From a virus, in IMG/VR virus record IMGVR_UViG_3300035671_000001, positions 18,506 to 82,505 of that record: 64,000 nt of DNA. One strand, given 5' to 3'. Below, in pieces: positions 59,069 through 64,000 of the stretch (its first letter is position 1; every line of letters starts with the position of its first letter). The notes under the pieces are model-generated. The model saw only the letters and a list, made by a program, of their open reading frames with translations. It ran no database searches and was not told the origin of the DNA. The position numbers and the translations under genes are program-made.

Positions 59069-60070
59069 GTGATTCTATATCGCACCTCTGGGCCGTGGGG
59101 CTCTGGCGTTGGTGCCAACCTGAGTCCAGCACAGGTTGATGGCAATTTTTACGATGTGTCGCAGCGGGTGCAGTTTCTCGAATTGCATCCGCCAGAGCCG
59201 GTTCTGATCTCGTCGTTTACCTCAACGGGCGGTCAGCTCTACATCAATATGTCGGACGGCACCGTCAACGGGCCGATCGCGATGCCAGTGGTGCGCTGGT
59301 TCTTTCGTGGGCCGTGGACGGTGTCGACTATCTATCACAAGGACGACGTGATCGTTGCCCCTGACAGCGCTGTCTATATCGTCATGGTCGATCACACCTC
59401 GTCGTCCAGCACATTTGATTCTCACGCTAATGATGGACACGGTCACGATTACTACTCTCTGCTGTTAACGGCGCCTGCGGCTACGCTGCCGAGTGACGGC
59501 GGTCCTGGTTATGTTCTGACTAAGACGAGCGCTGCCAGTTACGATGTAATGTGGGCGCCACCATCTTCGCCAATAGGCGGCGGTGCTGGTCAAGTGCTGC
59601 AGAAAAACAGTGCCACCAATGGTGACGCGACTTGGAATACGTTGGGACTGGGCGACCTCAAGAGCGATGTGAATGTAAGCACAGAGCCTAACGATGGCGA
59701 TTATCTGCAGTGGGATGCTACGGCAGCTCGCTGGACGAACCGGCCGTCTCCATCATTGAACGTCTTGGAAGCCCCAGCGTGGAACCCAGACCTTGGGGAT
59801 GCCGGTGCGTTTATGGTGATAGTCAACGGCACCGCTGATGCGGCCGTGACGATTCCAGATGATGCCAGTGTGGCGTTTCCGATCGGAACCGAGCTGCATG
59901 TCCATCAGGATGGGACTGGGAGGGTCACGATACAGCCATCAGGTTCGGTAGTCCTGCGTGTGTACGCTGGCTTCTTGAATCAATTGTTGGGGCAGTACGC
60001 TACCGCAACGGTGAAGAAGACCGATGTCAACTTGTGGCGATTGTTCGGATTGCTAGCACCAGCAGCATAA
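59069..60070 (+). CDS. tail fibre/adaptor protein
   Basis: QVDGNF, GQVLQKNS..GD..W and FPIGT motifs. Confidence 0.65.
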   Translation: MILYRTSGPWGSGVGANLSPAQVDGNFYDVSQRVQFLELHPPEPVLISSFTSTGGQLYINMSDGTVNGPIAMPVVRWFFRGPWTVSTIYHKDDVIVAPDSAVYIVMVDHTSSSSTFDSHANDGHGHDYYSLLLTAPAATLPSDGGPGYVLTKTSAASYDVMWAPPSSPIGGGAGQVLQKNSATNGDATWNTLGLGDLKSDVNVSTEPNDGDYLQWDATAARWTNRPSPSLNVLEAPAWNPDLGDAGAFMVIVNGTADAAVTIPDDASVAFPIGTELHVHQDGTGRVTIQPSGSVVLRVYAGFLNQLLGQYATATVKKTDVNLWRLFGLLAPAA

Positions 60071-60076
60071 GAGGGG

Positions 60077-61729
60077 ATGATGGGCACGTCGGACCAACAG
60101 CGGCGCTCGCACGTCGTGCGATATTGGGGCAAGGACGAGAACGAGGATGTCTGGGTCGACGTCGAGGTTCTGGATCGAATTACTTTCAATGGTCGGCAGG
60201 GTAATGCGCCGCGCAGTAACCAATTTCAAAAAACCACCGTTAATTTCGCCTTCAAGGCTGGTGAACACAGCGGTGACAATCGCAAACAAACCAAACTGAA
60301 AGTCTACGTCGATCCCGACGACAAGGATCGGTTCGTCGAGATTCCAGCTACCGATGCCATTGCAGTCAAGTCACGGTCGAAGCGTCAGTACCAAGTCGCT
60401 AACAAACGGTTTGATAACAACCCACAAAATCGGTCGCGCGATAGCATAGTGCTCAAGATTGTCAGCAACGACATCGATGAAGATAAGCTGGAGGATAACG
60501 AGAACGGAAAGAAGCAGCCTCCCAGCGATCCAAGGGATTATTACAATGCCGTTCTCGCCACCAACAGCATGGATGAGGATCAAAAGCTCAATGTCGAGGT
60601 AGCCGATAAGTTCGGGGTGCTACGGGCAAGCAAGCGACAGTCACAAGGGGTTAGGCACAGCGGCCTCTGGAACGATTTCTTGTTGATGCCGCAGAGTGGC
60701 GATGGTTTGCCCGGAGTGGAGGAGAGCAATCCCAACGCTGTTCCTGAGCCGCTTCGGTTGGACCCACTAATGACCATCGTTAACTTTGGCGGCAAGCCCG
60801 GCGGCGGAAGCTTTACGACTGGCGACGAGTGCTGCGAGCAGTACTTTTGCAAGATAAAGAAATTGAAGGACGATCAGAATTGGGAGTTTTTGGGATCACT
60901 TGGCTTCTCCGAGTCCGGCAACACCAATGGCGCGTCGTATAAGAACATCGGGGCCAACGCCAAGGGTGAGAACGGAACCCCGACATTCGTGCTCATCGGG
61001 ACCAACTTTTCCGGTGAAGGTGATCACGACAGCGAAGTAGCGATCATCATGACCTCGCACGATGGTCAGAACTGGTTTCAGTCGGCCAGGATCACGGAAG
61101 ACAGAGGCTCCTCCGGCTCGGCCGCTGGAATGGGCGTGGTGTGGGACGAGAGCGCGCATGCGTTCTATGCCGTCGTGCACACCGACATACACTTTGATGG
61201 CGATCCCCCACCGGACTCTGAGGTCTGGGAGATACTCTATCGCTCGTCCACTGGGACGAGCTGGGGCCAGGCTGGCAAACGCCAAATGGGCGAAAATGAG
61301 GAGGTTGAGGGCACCTTGCTTCCACCCCACTACAGAAATAAAGCAGGGACGCGCGACGGTATCTTCGGCTATTGGGAAAAGAAGGACGAGCACGCGAAAG
61401 TCATCGAGAGTGTGCTGGTTGAATGCAACAATCCGTGTCGGATGGAAGTCGGCGACGGATTCATACATCCTGGCGCCGGTGGCAGCATAACCATCACGCA
61501 CAAGGTGGGGAAGAAGACGAAGACTAATACGGTGTCGCCAGGGTGCGCGGCCCTGTGCGCGACCTTCGCTGGTAACATCCTGGTGTGCGGCGGCAAGGGC
61601 GGGGCCATCACCAGCTCCATCGACATGGGCAAGACCTGGCAACATGAGGCGACGTCGCCGTTCGACGTCTACTGCGCGATCGGTGGAGGAAAAAAGGACT
61701 TCGACACCAAGAAGGGGACAAGACGGTGA
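60077..61729 (+). CDS. tail-associated protein with Asp-box-like motifs
   Basis: SHDGQNW, SSTGTSW and SIDMGKTW Asp-box-like repeats. Confidence 0.6.
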   Translation: MMGTSDQQRRSHVVRYWGKDENEDVWVDVEVLDRITFNGRQGNAPRSNQFQKTTVNFAFKAGEHSGDNRKQTKLKVYVDPDDKDRFVEIPATDAIAVKSRSKRQYQVANKRFDNNPQNRSRDSIVLKIVSNDIDEDKLEDNENGKKQPPSDPRDYYNAVLATNSMDEDQKLNVEVADKFGVLRASKRQSQGVRHSGLWNDFLLMPQSGDGLPGVEESNPNAVPEPLRLDPLMTIVNFGGKPGGGSFTTGDECCEQYFCKIKKLKDDQNWEFLGSLGFSESGNTNGASYKNIGANAKGENGTPTFVLIGTNFSGEGDHDSEVAIIMTSHDGQNWFQSARITEDRGSSGSAAGMGVVWDESAHAFYAVVHTDIHFDGDPPPDSEVWEILYRSSTGTSWGQAGKRQMGENEEVEGTLLPPHYRNKAGTRDGIFGYWEKKDEHAKVIESVLVECNNPCRMEVGDGFIHPGAGGSITITHKVGKKTKTNTVSPGCAALCATFAGNILVCGGKGGAITSSIDMGKTWQHEATSPFDVYCAIGGGKKDFDTKKGTRR

Positions 61730-61998
61730 AGGTTCAGCTCGACGACCCCGCCTCGATCTTGTGGCTGCAGCAATCCTTGCTCCTGCTCACGACGGCACAT
61801 CTCGTGCCCAACGGCCAGTTCGACAAACTGACGCGAAGGGAGGTCGGCATTTATCAGGTCTGGAAGCGCCTGCCCAAGACGTGTCTGCCTGACGAGGCGA
61901 CGATACAAAGTATCGAGCAGGACCTCGCGCCGCGTCGTGAAGTACGGGCGTTGAAGCCGCAGGGCCGCTACAAAGTGCCGCGCGGTCCCAAAAAATGA
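61726..61998 (+). CDS. hypothetical protein
   Basis: Coupled ORF, 90 aa. Confidence 0.5.
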   Translation: MKVQLDDPASILWLQQSLLLLTTAHLVPNGQFDKLTRREVGIYQVWKRLPKTCLPDEATIQSIEQDLAPRREVRALKPQGRYKVPRGPKK

Positions 61999-64000
61999 TT
62001 CCCGGAGTCGTCTCGCAGGAAACAGCCGGTCGGTTACCTCCATCGGATCAGGTGCTTGAACCGCAATATCCCGGCGGGATGTTTTTCGAGGGAATATATT
62101 TTTCGGGCCATGTACCTGGAACGGTCCTGCTGGAGAACGGCCTCGGGGCGATGGTGCTGCGAAACATCGATCGGGCGCTCAGCCCACAATTTTTTCTTGA
62201 TCCAACTGATGCGTTCTACAGCGCCGCGAGCGGACGCCAGTGGGTGCTCGCGCCGCAAGAGCTGGTGATTGATTCCAATTTTGAGACGGTTTTTGCATTT
62301 ACGTCGAAAACACCTACCCAGTTTTTGGTGCCGTCGCTCTATGTCAGTGTTGATGCTCTAAGCTTGCCCAGCATTAGGCTTCCGGGACTACTGCAGGTCG
62401 GCCTGTTCGCGAACGATGACGTGTTGTTTACGCCGTTCGTGATTGTGTCCGGTGCGCTGCGGGCTGCCATGTTTACTGAACTTGACGCGATTTATGCGCC
62501 ATCATTCACCACGCCTCTGACGTTGCATCCCAGCCGACCTGTCGACATCGAATCGTTCTACGCGCCGCTCATGCGTGCTGGAGTAATTCAGCCGCTTCTC
62601 CATGTGGACAACGACATTGTCCGCGCCTTCGTCACCAAAGTTTCCATGGCCGCAGGGTTGGTGGCAAACGATGATATGCTATCCATGCCAGCCGCCATCG
62701 GAATCCCGGCGACGCTCGATGGTCCTATTCAAACTCTAGCGATGTCGAACGGCAACCTGACGGCTACCGTGACTAGCGCTGGTGCCACTGCCGGAGTGCG
62801 CAGCACGGCGCTCAAGACTGACAACAAGTTCTACTTTGAGATGACCGTCGGATTATTCCACGACGTCTACACCGCGCTCGGCATCTGCCAGACGACCATA
62901 GATTATGCCGGGCTGCTCCCCGCCGTGCGCGTCAACGTGGCGAGCGGCGGCATCGTGAGCAATGGGACTGATACTGGCTACAACGTCGGCGCGGGTGCAA
63001 ACGGCGACATCTATGGGTTCGCGGTCGATCTCAGCGCGAGGCTAATGTGGTTCCGACGGTTTAGTGCGCCGTGGAATGGAACTCCGGCGGCTAATCCGGT
63101 AACCGGGACTAACGGCGTAACTATACCCGCTGGGGCCTGGACTCCGTTCGTGCGGTTCGCCATAGGGTCTCTCGTTGGCGACAACGTGACGGCAAATTTC
63201 GGCCAGTCCGCATTTTTCGCGGCGGTGCCCGCCGGCTTCGGCCTCTGGTCGAATGTGGTGGCCAAGCTGCAGCCTCCGATCGTGACTGATGGCGATGTGT
63301 TCCGCGCGCCTACGGCCGGACAGATCATCAGCCCGGCCATGTTCGACAGCGACGCCTTTTACGCGCCAGTGCTCACGGGCGGCGCCGTCGCGCTCGCTAC
63401 ACTTGATGGCGATTCATCGAATGTGGCGCTCTCGAACGGCAACCTGACCGCGACGCATGCCAACAACGCGACCAACTCGGGTGCGCGCAGCACCGCACAG
63501 CGAACCACCGGGAAATACTATTTCGAAGTAAGGATGACCTTGACGCACGGTAACTTTGACACCGTTGCAATCGTTACGGCAGATGCTGTTTACTATGACT
63601 TTGTCACAGGCGTGGCTAATTGCGTGTCGCTGCAGAGGGGCGCTGGCGCCATTTATGCCAACAACACGAACTCCGGTAAGAGCTTGGGTGCTTGCACCTC
63701 AGGCGATGTAATTAGTTTTGCGGTTGACCTCACCGCGCGCAAAGCTTGGTTGCGCAAGAACGGTGGCAATTGGAATGGGCTCACGCTTAGTTTGGAGAAT
63801 CCGAACACTGGCGTTGGCGGTGTGACGATTGCTGCAAGCCAGAGCTTCGCGCCGGCAGTTGGATTTGGTGGCTCCGGTACGGTGGCCAGCGATGCAATGA
63901 CTGCTAACTTCGGGCAGTCGGCATACATTTATACCCGACCGATTGGGTTCGGCGACTGGCAAGCTACGATCACGACAGTTGTTGTGCCAACATCGTTCAA
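61995..64000 (+). CDS. tail fibre/receptor-binding protein with SPRY-like domains (partial, runs off the window)
   Basis: ATGA overlap; repeated D.D.FYAP motifs and two SNGNLTA...K[FY]YFE...ANFGQS domains; missing from the ORF track, consistent with no stop in the window. Confidence 0.7.
   Translation, partial: MIPGVVSQETAGRLPPSDQVLEPQYPGGMFFEGIYFSGHVPGTVLLENGLGAMVLRNIDRALSPQFFLDPTDAFYSAASGRQWVLAPQELVIDSNFETVFAFTSKTPTQFLVPSLYVSVDALSLPSIRLPGLLQVGLFANDDVLFTPFVIVSGALRAAMFTELDAIYAPSFTTPLTLHPSRPVDIESFYAPLMRAGVIQPLLHVDNDIVRAFVTKVSMAAGLVANDDMLSMPAAIGIPATLDGPIQTLAMSNGNLTATVTSAGATAGVRSTALKTDNKFYFEMTVGLFHDVYTALGICQTTIDYAGLLPAVRVNVASGGIVSNGTDTGYNVGAGANGDIYGFAVDLSARLMWFRRFSAPWNGTPAANPVTGTNGVTIPAGAWTPFVRFAIGSLVGDNVTANFGQSAFFAAVPAGFGLWSNVVAKLQPPIVTDGDVFRAPTAGQIISPAMFDSDAFYAPVLTGGAVALATLDGDSSNVALSNGNLTATHANNATNSGARSTAQRTTGKYYFEVRMTLTHGNFDTVAIVTADAVYYDFVTGVANCVSLQRGAGAIYANNTNSGKSLGACTSGDVISFAVDLTARKAWLRKNGGNWNGLTLSLENPNTGVGGVTIAASQSFAPAVGFGGSGTVASDAMTANFGQSAYIYTRPIGFGDWQATITTVVVPTSF

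Noticed and set aside
1-64000. tRNA/rRNA genes, integrase or att sites
   Set aside because: None was recognised by eye; tRNAscan-SE and the rest of the genome would be needed to exclude them

Overview
This window is a 64-kb stretch of a GC-rich tailed dsDNA phage genome (siphovirus-like; an alphaproteobacterial host is only a guess), and almost everything is on the + strand. The order is: small hypothetical genes; a TIGR-Tas-like locus; an SF2 helicase plus small ORFs; a promoter-driven accessory operon (MoxR-like AAA, DUF3150-like, metallopeptidase-VWA) with a repeated structured leader before each gene; a NusG-like factor; terminase; a collagen-like protein; an amidase endolysin; a portal with cargo domains including an ADP-ribosyltransferase; head genes; three paralogous fibre proteins; neck/tail genes; tape measure; and tail tip/fibres, cut off at the window end. 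The TIGR-Tas-like locus is a nuclease-free Nop/IS110-related gene inside about 65 dual-spacer 36-nt units (12 upstream, 53 downstream, counted by hand). The most striking signal comes from reading each unit as spacer A + reverse complement of spacer B. Several predicted targets are near-copies of the phage's own DNA, always with mismatches: junctions of the next array units (whose repeats are usually mutated), the 3' end of the tas gene, and accessory genes. A solitary unit 8 kb away (14334-14373) matches a synonymously recoded copy of the gene about 85 bp upstream of it. This suggests an RNA-guided kin-competition or homing-like system, including guides against other TIGR arrays. Family assignments come from motif recognition by eye and match counts are manual; no database searches were run.
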